From Candidatus Magasanikiibacteriota bacterium (GTDB lineage: Bacteria > Patescibacteriota > Patescibacteriia > Magasanikbacterales > GWA2-37-8): a DNA stretch of 64,000 nucleotides. Shown piece by piece: positions 9,264-18,326 of this stretch. Each line of letters opens with the position of its first letter. Position 1 is the stretch's first letter. Location of the stretch: positions 448,875-512,874 of the forward strand of contig CAWJAS010000001.1 of assembly GCA_963840935.1 (NCBI GenBank). The letters are read 5' to 3'. A program made the position numbers and the translations under genes. The notes under the pieces are model-generated. The model had not been told where the DNA came from. It made no database searches and saw only the letters and a list, made by a program, of their open reading frames with translations.

Positions 9264-9662
9264 TTAATGATTATCCAGAATTTTATTTAATATTGCGTCC
9301 GCTTCTTTGTTGTTTTCTCTTAATGTATGACGATAAGTGATTTTTTTAAAAACTGAGGCGGAATTCCATGCTTGAATAAAAAGTTTTTGCAACGTCGGTT
9401 CTTTAACTTTATACTCACGATTCATTTGTTTTACCACTAATTCGGAATCCAACACACATTCAACTTCCGTGGCCTTTAGTTCCTTGGCTTTTTTTAGGCC
9501 GGCAATCAAGGCAGAATACTCGGCGTAATTATTTGTTTGTTCTCCAAGATATTCGCCAAATGCTTGTATTGTTTCACCGTTCGTATTTTTAATAATAACA
9601 CCGGTTGCCGCCGGTCCCGGGTTTCCGCGGGCTCCGCCATCAGAAAAAATAATTAGTTTCAT
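9264..9662 (-). CDS. rnhA: Ribonuclease HI
   Basis: SDGGARGNPGPA motif and catalytic DEDD arrangement of type-1 RNase H. Confidence 0.9.
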   Translation of the reverse strand: MKLIIFSDGGARGNPGPAATGVIIKNTNGETIQAFGEYLGEQTNNYAEYSALIAGLKKAKELKATEVECVLDSELVVKQMNREYKVKEPTLQKLFIQAWNSASVFKKITYRHTLRENNKEADAILNKILDNH

Positions 9663-9665
9663 ATT

Positions 9666-11018
9666 TTAATATGATAATTGCCAAATTCCTTTTTTTCCGT
9701 CAATTTCCGCGGAAAAATATATGATATGTTTTTTTGTGTTTACGGCGATTGATTCTATTTTAGCATTAATCAAATCGTGCGTGACAAGATAATAAGGAAA
9801 TAGGGCGGTCGCTTTATCGCTCCAAATAAGAGATAGAGTATTGAATTTATCCAGAGTAGCAATTTGATTCAATCCTTCTCCCGAGCGAGTTAATAAATTT
9901 GGTTCCGCATCATTTTTGGCGAATGTCCAAATTTCCCATGGTGTCCATATTATTAACCAGTTGTCATATGGTGAAATAATGAATTTTTCTCCGGCAATAT
10001 TGAATTTATTATTTTTAGACAAAAGAATCATTTCTGATTTATCGCGTTTTTTTAGGATTGCATAGTTATTAATTGCGCCGATTATTTGCGTATCTTGCTC
10101 GGTTGATTCAAATGAATTTTCCGGGGCAAATATTTCTGAAAAACCAAGAGTGTCGCGAATCAAGCTGATTTGGCTTGTTGAAGAGTTGGATTGTAGCGTC
10201 CAAAGTTGACCGTTTTCCATAAACCAGTCGAGCCAATTATTTTTTGCTAAGATGTAACGCTGTTCAGTGGTCGGAATAAAAGATATTAAGCGCAAGTTCG
10301 TGCTGTAATAAATCTCCGGCTGCATGCTCTCCTTCCATTGATATTTATCAATTGGATAACGAGTTAAGGCCATCAAGTCGTGTTCTTTTGAAGGATTATC
10401 GGCGTTGTAGATTAATAAATTATTGTATGGAGGAATTTTTTCGCTTATGGCCAGGTAGTTATTATTAAAAGCCCAAGAAATTTTATATTCAGTATTTATA
10501 TCAAATTCTGTTAGATTTATTTCTTCTTTATTATTTAAATTATAGATATTTATATCTTGAATTTTTTCGTTGTTTTTGATATATGCCAAAAAGTTGGAAT
10601 CGGGAGAAATGGAGATATCAGAGTAGTTCCCCTCGATTAATAATGTTGGTTGATTTTTTTGAAGCAATGATATTTCTTTTATATAAACCGTTTGTTTATT
10701 TTTAACCTCTATTTCTTTGTTCCAATCAAAATATCCCGGAGCTGAAATAAATAATTGGTACTTACCGGGTATCCGTTCATTTAAACGAATTGGAATTTTT
10801 GATTTTATTGGAATGTTGTTAATAACAACAGACGCATTTTTTGGTTCGATATCAATATTGATAGCCCCGGTTTCTTTGAGAATTCCTTTTTTCCAATCAT
10901 ATCTGTATCCGCTTGTGTACATTACAATGGCCGGAGCTAGAACGCAAAAAGCGGTTATGAATATAATAACCAGGGCTTTTCGGATTGGTTTTTTGAGCAT
11001 GCTTCCGGGATATTCCAT
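9666..11018 (-). CDS. Membrane-anchored hypothetical protein with a PEGA-like beta-sandwich domain followed by a repeat-rich (propeller-like) domain
   Basis: N-terminal TM segment, then PEGA-like VVINNIPIKSKIPIRL...GKYQLFISAPGYF. 4-nt overlap with rnhA suggests an operon. Confidence 0.45.
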   Translation of the reverse strand: MEYPGSMLKKPIRKALVIIFITAFCVLAPAIVMYTSGYRYDWKKGILKETGAINIDIEPKNASVVINNIPIKSKIPIRLNERIPGKYQLFISAPGYFDWNKEIEVKNKQTVYIKEISLLQKNQPTLLIEGNYSDISISPDSNFLAYIKNNEKIQDINIYNLNNKEEINLTEFDINTEYKISWAFNNNYLAISEKIPPYNNLLIYNADNPSKEHDLMALTRYPIDKYQWKESMQPEIYYSTNLRLISFIPTTEQRYILAKNNWLDWFMENGQLWTLQSNSSTSQISLIRDTLGFSEIFAPENSFESTEQDTQIIGAINNYAILKKRDKSEMILLSKNNKFNIAGEKFIISPYDNWLIIWTPWEIWTFAKNDAEPNLLTRSGEGLNQIATLDKFNTLSLIWSDKATALFPYYLVTHDLINAKIESIAVNTKKHIIYFSAEIDGKKGIWQLSY

Positions 11019-11104
11019 ATTTTGGTGATTTTATTGGCAATCTTGCTTTTCGAAAATTAATAATGTATAATTATCTTAATTGTTTTGGTCCCAAAAGTCA
11101 AAAT

Positions 11105-12412
11105 ATGTCATATTTAATAATCAACGGTGGAAAAAAATTGAGCGGTTCGATTACCAATCAAACCGCAAAAAATTCGGCTGTTGCCATTATGTGCGCCTCT
11201 GCAATGATACGGGGGAAGGTTGAGTTAACCGATATGCCTGAAATTGAAGAAGTGTACCGAATTGCCGAACTACTAAAAAGCATCGGAGTAAAAATAATTA
11301 AAAAAAGAGAAGGTCATTATTTGATAGATTCGGAAAATAAATTGAATATGGAAGGCCTTGATAAAAAAGCGTTTGAAAAAACACGCTCTTCTTTATTTTT
11401 GTTCGGTGCGCTGGCATCCAGGCAAAAAAAATACGTTTTACCAAAATCCGGCGGGTGCAAATTAGGTGAAAGAACGGTTCGTCCGCATCTTTACGCTTTA
11501 GAGAGTCTTGGAATAAAAGTAAAATCGAATAAAAATAATTACGCGGTAGAGAACCCGGCACACCTTCAAGGTGCCAAAATTGTTATGTATGAATCCGGTG
11601 ATACCGCAACAGAGAACGCGATTATGGGCGCAGTATTGGCCAGTGGGACAACGATCATTAAAATGGCTTCGGCAAATTACATGGTTCAGGACCTTTGTTA
11701 TTTTTTGAATAAGGCCGGAGCAAAAATAAGCGGTATCGGTTCAACCACCCTTTTGATTGAGGGAGTAAAAAAATTAAAAGGTAATTTTGTTTATCCGATT
11801 ATGCCTGACCCGATTGTCGCCATGACCTATATTGCCATAGGGGCGACGACACATTCTCCTTTAACGATTAAAAATTGTCCGATTGATTTTTTGGAGTTGG
11901 AATTGCTCAAATTATCTAAAATGGGGCAGAAATTTAAACTAAAGAATTTACGTTCTTCAAAAAACGGAAAATTTGATATTCAGGATATTGAATTAATTCC
12001 GTCCAAGTTAACCGGCTTGCCCGATAAAATAGAGTGTCGACCATTTCCCGGATTGAATATTGATAACCTCCCTTTGTTTATTCCCATTCTTTCCAGAGCG
12101 GTTGGCCGAACAATGATTCATGATTGGCCATACGAAAATAGAGCTGTTCGATATTTGGAAATGCAAAAAATCGGCTGTAATATTACTTTGCTTGACCCTC
12201 ATCGCGTTATTGTGGAAGGACCGACTGTTTTTACGGCAAATGAAGCGGTGTGTCCGCCGATTTTGAGGGTAGCGGTAATATTGCTCGTCGGGATGCTCGC
12301 CGCAAAAGGTAAATCAATTTTGCGAAATACATATATGATAGACCGTGGATATGAAAAATTATACGAAACATTAAATAAAGCCGGAGCGGATATAGTTCAA
12401 GTTAACGAATAA
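11105..12412 (+). CDS. murA: UDP-N-acetylglucosamine 1-carboxyvinyltransferase
   Basis: EPSP-synthase fold signatures and the active-site Cys context KSGGCKLGERTVRPH. Confidence 0.88.
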   Translation: MSYLIINGGKKLSGSITNQTAKNSAVAIMCASAMIRGKVELTDMPEIEEVYRIAELLKSIGVKIIKKREGHYLIDSENKLNMEGLDKKAFEKTRSSLFLFGALASRQKKYVLPKSGGCKLGERTVRPHLYALESLGIKVKSNKNNYAVENPAHLQGAKIVMYESGDTATENAIMGAVLASGTTIIKMASANYMVQDLCYFLNKAGAKISGIGSTTLLIEGVKKLKGNFVYPIMPDPIVAMTYIAIGATTHSPLTIKNCPIDFLELELLKLSKMGQKFKLKNLRSSKNGKFDIQDIELIPSKLTGLPDKIECRPFPGLNIDNLPLFIPILSRAVGRTMIHDWPYENRAVRYLEMQKIGCNITLLDPHRVIVEGPTVFTANEAVCPPILRVAVILLVGMLAAKGKSILRNTYMIDRGYEKLYETLNKAGADIVQVNE

Positions 12413-12420
12413 AAAATAAT

Positions 12421-13707
12421 ATGATAGATAAAATGTCACCTTCGCGAGTGCGCTTTTCCAAATATATCGGAATATATTTATCGATAATATTATTTGTTTG
12501 CGCTTTTGGCCTCGGTATTTTAACCGGACAGGCGATATTTGTGAATAAACAGATAACGGATGACGAAGGTCAAGTGCAAATTAGCAAAGTCATAAATCTT
12601 AATCGCACATTGAATCACAGCGACTCGGTTGATTTTTCTCAATTTTGGCAGGTATGGGACCGTATAAAAGATAAATATGTTACAGACGAAGTGAGTGAAG
12701 CGGATTTATTTTATGGCGCGATCGAAGGTATGGTTTATTCGCTTGGCGATCCATATTCTATGTATATGACTCCAACAATAGCCGAAGAATTTGCAAAAGA
12801 TTTATCGGGTGAATTTGATGGAATCGGAGCTGAGATAGGTATCAAAAACGATCAATTATCCGTTGTTTCTCCGCTGAGTAATACTCCTGCCGAGAAAGCC
12901 GGTTTAAGACCAGGGGATAAAATTTTGGCTATTGATAAAGAAAGTACTTATGGAATGGATGTGAACGTAGCCGTAAGCAAAATTCGCGGGCCGGCAGGCA
13001 CTGAAGTCGTGTTGTTAATTTCTCGAAATGGAATCGGCAAATCATTTGATGTGGCGATTAAACGAGCCAAAATAAATGTGCCATCAGTTACCTTTGAAAT
13101 AAAAAATAACAACATCGCATATATTAGGGTTTTGCAATTTAATGAAAACACCGAGCGCGATTTTAGTAAATATGTTGGTCAAATTCAGGAAAAAAATATC
13201 CAAGGTATCGTTCTTGATTTGCGCAACAATCCCGGGGGATTCTTGGACACTGCGGTTTATATGGCGGGGGAGTGGATTGAAGACGGAACAATTGTTAGCG
13301 AGCGATCAAAATATGGAGTTGATAAAAATCATTTGTCTTCGGGAAAATCAAGATTAAACAATTATAGAACGGTTGTAATGGTTAATGGCGGTTCAGCATC
13401 AGCCTCAGAAATTGTTGCCGGCGCTTTGCAAGATTATGATAAGGCCGTTTTGATTGGCGAGAAAACATTTGGCAAAGGTTCGGTACAAGATTTTGAAACA
13501 TTTATTGATGGCTCCGCTTTAAAATTAACCGTAGCTGAATGGTATACGCCAAATGGCCGGAATATTAACAAGGAAGGTATTGTTCCTGATGTCGAATTTA
13601 TTGTTGATTGGGATAATGAACAAATCGGTGAAGATAAAATGCTTGATAAGGCAATAGAAATTTTAACAGCGGAAGTTTTTCCTCCGATAGCTGAAAATAT
13701 TGAATGA
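12421..13707 (+). CDS. ctpA: Carboxy-terminal processing peptidase (S41 family, PDZ domain)
   Basis: PDZ segment (GLRPGDKILAIDKEST) and S41 catalytic region (NPGGFLD...GSASASEIVAGALQD...GEKTFGKGSVQ). Confidence 0.85.
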   Translation: MIDKMSPSRVRFSKYIGIYLSIILFVCAFGLGILTGQAIFVNKQITDDEGQVQISKVINLNRTLNHSDSVDFSQFWQVWDRIKDKYVTDEVSEADLFYGAIEGMVYSLGDPYSMYMTPTIAEEFAKDLSGEFDGIGAEIGIKNDQLSVVSPLSNTPAEKAGLRPGDKILAIDKESTYGMDVNVAVSKIRGPAGTEVVLLISRNGIGKSFDVAIKRAKINVPSVTFEIKNNNIAYIRVLQFNENTERDFSKYVGQIQEKNIQGIVLDLRNNPGGFLDTAVYMAGEWIEDGTIVSERSKYGVDKNHLSSGKSRLNNYRTVVMVNGGSASASEIVAGALQDYDKAVLIGEKTFGKGSVQDFETFIDGSALKLTVAEWYTPNGRNINKEGIVPDVEFIVDWDNEQIGEDKMLDKAIEILTAEVFPPIAENIE

Positions 13708-13726
13708 GTTATTTTTAATTATTTTT

Positions 13727-13753
13727 AAAACCCCCGCGTGTGCGGGGGTTTTA
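13727..13753. terminator. Bidirectional rho-independent terminator (AAAACCCCCGC-GTGT-GCGGGGGTTTT) between ctpA (+) and era (-)
   Basis: Perfect GC-rich stem with an A-run and a T-run on either side. Confidence 0.75.
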
Positions 13754-13755
13754 GT

Positions 13756-14652
13756 TTATATTCTATCTTCCCAATGTTTGTCTGTTTCAACTTCAAGTTC
13801 AAGGTATATTTTTTTATTAATGGCAGTTTCAAGTTCTTTACGGGCCGCAATTCCTATCTCTTTGATTGCTCTGCCACGAGCGCCGATGATCATTTTTTTG
13901 TATTTTTTATCATTGGTAAATATCACGGCTTTGATTAATAAAATATCCGGCTTTTCTTCTATTTCGGTTATTTCTACGTGAGTGGTATACGGCACTTCTT
14001 TTCGCAGCGCAAGATAAATTTTTTCACGTATTAATTCCGATACCCAAAATTTTGGATCTGTGTTTGTGAGTTGATTGGTCGGGTACATCGGTTCTCCTTC
14101 CGGCAATAACTCGAATACTCTTTTTCGTAGAGGTTCAACATGGCGATTGGCCAGAGCAGATAATTCGAAAATTTCCATTTGATTATCTTCACCGAATGAG
14201 ATATAATCATTCAGAAATATTTTTTCTTCTTTTGGTAAGTCGGATTTATTAATAACCAAAATTTTTGGCGCCTTTGCTTTTCTGGCAATCGACATAATAT
14301 ATCTTTCTTCGGTGCCGATATTTTTTGTTGGGTCTACCACATAAAGAATCAAATCGATATCTTCAATGGATTCCTCTGCTCGTTTGGTTAGTTTGCCTGT
14401 CAAAAAATTTTTCTTCTCTTTAAAAATTCCCGGCGTGTCGACAAAAACCGCTTGACTCTCGCTTCTATTTAATACCCCGTGAATATTTGTTCTGGTGGTT
14501 TGCGGTTTGGGAGTTACAATTGCGATTTTTGTGCCTATGATGGTATTCAACAAAGTGGACTTTCCAACATTGGAACGACCGATTAGCGTGATAATGCCAA
14601 ATTTTGGCTTATCTATTGATTTATTAGTCATTTTTTTGTTAAAATTAGCCAA
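13756..14652 (-). CDS. era: GTPase Era
   Basis: G1-G4 motifs (GRSNVGKST, DTPG, NKSD) plus a C-terminal KH domain. Confidence 0.9.
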   Translation of the reverse strand: MANFNKKMTNKSIDKPKFGIITLIGRSNVGKSTLLNTIIGTKIAIVTPKPQTTRTNIHGVLNRSESQAVFVDTPGIFKEKKNFLTGKLTKRAEESIEDIDLILYVVDPTKNIGTEERYIMSIARKAKAPKILVINKSDLPKEEKIFLNDYISFGEDNQMEIFELSALANRHVEPLRKRVFELLPEGEPMYPTNQLTNTDPKFWVSELIREKIYLALRKEVPYTTHVEITEIEEKPDILLIKAVIFTNDKKYKKMIIGARGRAIKEIGIAARKELETAINKKIYLELEVETDKHWEDRI

Positions 14653-14675
14653 TTAATTAGAGTCTTGTGATTTCT

Positions 14676-14704
14676 TTGTAAAATCTGTTGGCTTATAGTA
14701 TAAT
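14676..14704 (+). promoter_or_regulatory. Sigma70-like promoter TTGTAA-17-TATAAT upstream of rplI
   Basis: Hexamers and spacing read directly from the sequence. Confidence 0.45.
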
Positions 14705-14728
14705 ATTTCCAGATTTATATCAAGTTTT

Positions 14729-15172
14729 ATGAAAGTGATATTGCTGGCAAAAATTGCGGGCTTGGGTCAGCCCGATGATGTTAAGGAAGTAGCCGATGGT
14801 TATGCGGTCAATTATTTGTTTCCAAGACATTTGGCCGTGCAGGCTTCAGAAAAAGCTGTTAAAAGTTTGGGTGTTGCGAAAGCAAAAAAAGCCAAAACGC
14901 TTGAGCGAGACCTTATTGAACAACAGGCGTTAGCGAGTCGGTTAGATGGCTTAACCATTTCCATCAAAGAAAAAGCCAATGAAGCCGGTTTGTTTTATGC
15001 CGCAATTGGTCCACAAAAAATATTTGACGCATTAAAAAAATTAGACCTGGAGGTTGAAAAAAACAATATAATGGCCAAAGCCATAAAGGAAGTTGGGGAA
15101 TATAATGTTTTGATAAAATTACGGCACAGGCTGGAGGCAAGAATTCATTTAATCGCATTAAAATTGGAATAA
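14729..15172 (+). CDS. rplI: 50S ribosomal protein L9
   Basis: MKVILL...GDxVxVxxGYAxNYLFP N-domain signature of L9. Confidence 0.9.
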   Translation: MKVILLAKIAGLGQPDDVKEVADGYAVNYLFPRHLAVQASEKAVKSLGVAKAKKAKTLERDLIEQQALASRLDGLTISIKEKANEAGLFYAAIGPQKIFDALKKLDLEVEKNNIMAKAIKEVGEYNVLIKLRHRLEARIHLIALKLE

Positions 15173-15182
15173 AAAATTTGTT

Positions 15183-16811
15183 ATGAAAACAAAATATATT
15201 TTTGTTATTGGGGGAGTAATGAGCGGAGTTGGTAAAGGAATTACGGTCGCTTCGATTGGAAGAATTTTGGCTAACCGAGGCTTGCGCGTTTCAGCAATTA
15301 AAATCGACCCATATATTAACGTTGACGCGGGAACGATGAACCCGATTGAACACGGAGAAGTTTTTGTCACAGATGACGGAGATGAAACCGACCAGGATAT
15401 TGGAAATTATGAAAGATTTTTGGATAATGACATATATTGCATTAATTACATGACAACCGGGCGGATTTATCAAAGCGTAATTCAAAAAGAGAGAAGCATG
15501 GGTTATAAAGGAAAATGCGTGCAGGTTGTTCCGCATATTCCGCTTGAAGTAATTTCGCGCATCAAATCGGCCGCGCAAAAAATAAACGCAGATGTAATGA
15601 TTATTGAAATTGGCGGAACTGTCGGTGAGTATGAAAATATTCTCTTTTTGGAAGCGGCTCGAATCATGAAGCTTGACGAGCCTGATAGCGTATTATTTGT
15701 ATTAGTAAGTTATTTACCAGTACCGGGACATTTGGGTGAGATGAAAACCAAACCAACTCAGCACGCCTCTCGGACATTGAACAATTCCGGTTTGCAAGCG
15801 GATATTATAATCGCGAGAGGTAAAGAAGATTTGGACGAACCAAGACGTGAGAAATTGGCATTTTTTTGCTCTTTACGCTCGAAAGACGACGTTATTCCGG
15901 CGCCAGATGTGCGTAATATATATGTAATCCCCGATAATTTTGAGAAATATAATTTAAGCGATATTATTTCCAAAAAACTGCAATTTGAGCTTCAGCCAAA
16001 AGATGGAGAGCGTTGGCGCGAGTTTATAAGTAAAATGAATTCAGCCGACAAAGCCGTTAAAATTGCTATTATTGGAAAATATTTTGGAACAGGTAATTTT
16101 ACCCTGGCCGATTCATATATTTCTGTGATTGAAGCGATAAAAACAGCTTCTTGGTATCAAGGGGCCTTACCAGAGCTGACATGGATTGATTCTGAAGAGT
16201 ACGAAAAAGACCCGGCAAAAGTAAGTGAGCTTGGCGCCTATGATGCCGTAGTTGTACCTGGCGGGTTTGGCACACGCGGTGTGGAAGGCGTGATTAGCTC
16301 AATTAAATATGCCAGAGAAAATAATATTCCTTATCTGGGGCTTTGTTACGGAATGCAACTTGCGGCTATTGAGTTTGCTCGCAATGTGCTTGGTTATGCT
16401 GATGCCCATACGGTTGAATGTAATCCTGATAGTAATAATATCATTATCGTTGTCAATCCAAATCAAGCAAAAAATATTCAAGAAGCAAAGTATGGCGGGA
16501 CAATGCGTTTGGGCGCATATGATTGTCTTTTAAAGAATGGAACTAAAACGCGTGAATTGTATGGACAGGATAAAATCAGCGAAAGACATAGGCATCGTTT
16601 TGAATTTAATAATAAATACAAAGATGAGCTTGAACAGAACGGTTTAAAAATAGCGGGAATAAACGAGGAGTCGAATTTGGTAGAAATAATCGAGCTTGAA
16701 AATCATCCATTTTTTATCGGTACTCAATTTCATCCGGAATTTAAATCAAGGCCGTTGCGTCCGCATCCTTTGTTTATGGGGTTGATTAAAGCGGCACTTG
16801 CTAAAAAATAA
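15183..16811 (+). CDS. pyrG: CTP synthase
   Basis: Synthetase domain plus a C-terminal glutamine amidotransferase domain (GLCYGMQ, HPEF). Confidence 0.97.
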   Translation: MKTKYIFVIGGVMSGVGKGITVASIGRILANRGLRVSAIKIDPYINVDAGTMNPIEHGEVFVTDDGDETDQDIGNYERFLDNDIYCINYMTTGRIYQSVIQKERSMGYKGKCVQVVPHIPLEVISRIKSAAQKINADVMIIEIGGTVGEYENILFLEAARIMKLDEPDSVLFVLVSYLPVPGHLGEMKTKPTQHASRTLNNSGLQADIIIARGKEDLDEPRREKLAFFCSLRSKDDVIPAPDVRNIYVIPDNFEKYNLSDIISKKLQFELQPKDGERWREFISKMNSADKAVKIAIIGKYFGTGNFTLADSYISVIEAIKTASWYQGALPELTWIDSEEYEKDPAKVSELGAYDAVVVPGGFGTRGVEGVISSIKYARENNIPYLGLCYGMQLAAIEFARNVLGYADAHTVECNPDSNNIIIVVNPNQAKNIQEAKYGGTMRLGAYDCLLKNGTKTRELYGQDKISERHRHRFEFNNKYKDELEQNGLKIAGINEESNLVEIIELENHPFFIGTQFHPEFKSRPLRPHPLFMGLIKAALAKK

Positions 16812-16816
16812 TAAAA

Positions 16817-16848
16817 AACCGTCAGTTGAGACTGGCGGTTTTTTTTTA
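16817..16848. terminator. Rho-independent terminator after pyrG (AACCGTCAGT-TGAG-ACTGGCGGTT followed by T9)
   Basis: Stem with one G-U pair followed by a long T-run. Confidence 0.65.
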
Positions 16849-16881
16849 TTATTATATTATAAATGTTCAACGCACCAAGGT

Positions 16882-18270
16882 TTAACGTCCGCCCATTCTG
16901 CCCAGGATATTAAACGTTCGAAGAATGATAACAGCGTCCAAAATAGCGCCGCGATTTTTGAGGTAATATAAATCATATTCCAGTTTTCGCAGGTTTTCCT
17001 CAATATTGCCGTAATATGATTTTTGAATTTGCGCCCATCCGGTCAGACCCGGTTTGATTAGGTGTCTTAACGCGTAATAAGGCATTTGCGCGGTAAGTTG
17101 TTCAACAAATTCCGGTCTTTCCGGGCGCGGGCCAACCAAGCTCATTTGCCTTTTTAAGATATTTATAAATTGTGGTAATTCATCGAGCCTAGATCGACGC
17201 AAAAATTTTCCGATTGTCGTTATGCGGCTGTCATTTTCTTCAGCAAATTGTGCCCCGTTTATTTCGGCGCTTCCGTCGGTGTTTAACGCTTTCATTGTGC
17301 GGTATTTATAAATAGTAAAAACAATTCCATTCTGGCCGATTCTTTTTTGCGAAAAGAATATTGTACCGGGCGAAGTTAATTTTATTAGAAGAGCGATAAT
17401 GGGAAAGGAAACTGCGAATACGAGCGCCATAAGTATGGCAAAAAATATGTCAATCATCATTCTGAAACGGTCGTATATTTTTTTGTCTTGTTCCTTTAGA
17501 TTTTGTAAAAACCATGATTCTGAAAAAGTAAACGGCGGTATTCTTTTCATTATTAATTCGTAAAATTTTTCAAGCGTAAAGACACCGGTTTGCCTGAAGA
17601 GACGGCTGTATAATTCTTGTAATATTTTTGAGTCTTGTGCCGCTGTTGGAGATATAATAATAAGGTCGGGAAAAATATTTTGTTCGTCCAGTTTTTTTAT
17701 ATCATCGATTATTTTGTAGTTTTGGAAAGGGGATAGCTGTTCTTGCATTAATTGATTTTCTGTTTTTATTATTCCGACTATCTCATAACCCAGTTCGGGT
17801 TTTTTTTCTATTTTATTTATTAGGTCGTTTGTCGCGTCGGTTAAACCGATAAATATTATTTTTGTTTTTAAAATTGATTTTAATATGTATTTATTGTGAA
17901 CCGCGCGCCACAAAGATATCAGGCCGAAAGAAAAAGCGGCGCAAAGTACCATTATTGTTTTTGGCTGGGCGGTTACTTTTGAGTTCAGATAGAAAAAAAT
18001 TAAACCAAATATCATCCAGATGGCCATGCTTATTAATATTTTTTGGAAAAATGGCAGGCGATTTTTTGAGTACTCAATATCATAAAGACCGACAATAAAA
18101 AAAATGATTATTGCCAAGAAAAAAAGCTCGGTCATCGGGTAAGCTAATTCGTTGACTCGGTTAGCGTCCGGAATTCGCAAATAACGAAGCCAGATGCTTA
18201 AGTAAAAAGCGAGATAAAACATCAGCAAATCGCCGATTAAGAGGGTTAATTGTTTTAAACGATGAAGCAT
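16882..18270 (-). CDS. Polyprenyl-phosphate sugar-1-phosphate transferase (bacterial sugar transferase, WbaP/PglC family); initiating enzyme for glycan assembly
   Basis: C-terminal Bac_transf domain (KRQMSLVGPRPERPEF...KPGLTGWAQI) with N-terminal TM helices. Confidence 0.85.
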   Translation of the reverse strand: MLHRLKQLTLLIGDLLMFYLAFYLSIWLRYLRIPDANRVNELAYPMTELFFLAIIIFFIVGLYDIEYSKNRLPFFQKILISMAIWMIFGLIFFYLNSKVTAQPKTIMVLCAAFSFGLISLWRAVHNKYILKSILKTKIIFIGLTDATNDLINKIEKKPELGYEIVGIIKTENQLMQEQLSPFQNYKIIDDIKKLDEQNIFPDLIIISPTAAQDSKILQELYSRLFRQTGVFTLEKFYELIMKRIPPFTFSESWFLQNLKEQDKKIYDRFRMMIDIFFAILMALVFAVSFPIIALLIKLTSPGTIFFSQKRIGQNGIVFTIYKYRTMKALNTDGSAEINGAQFAEENDSRITTIGKFLRRSRLDELPQFINILKRQMSLVGPRPERPEFVEQLTAQMPYYALRHLIKPGLTGWAQIQKSYYGNIEENLRKLEYDLYYLKNRGAILDAVIILRTFNILGRMGGR

Positions 18271-18326
18271 ATTTTGGCTGTTTTCAAATATGTTTATCTA
18301 TTATATAATAAGCGAATATTATTGCT

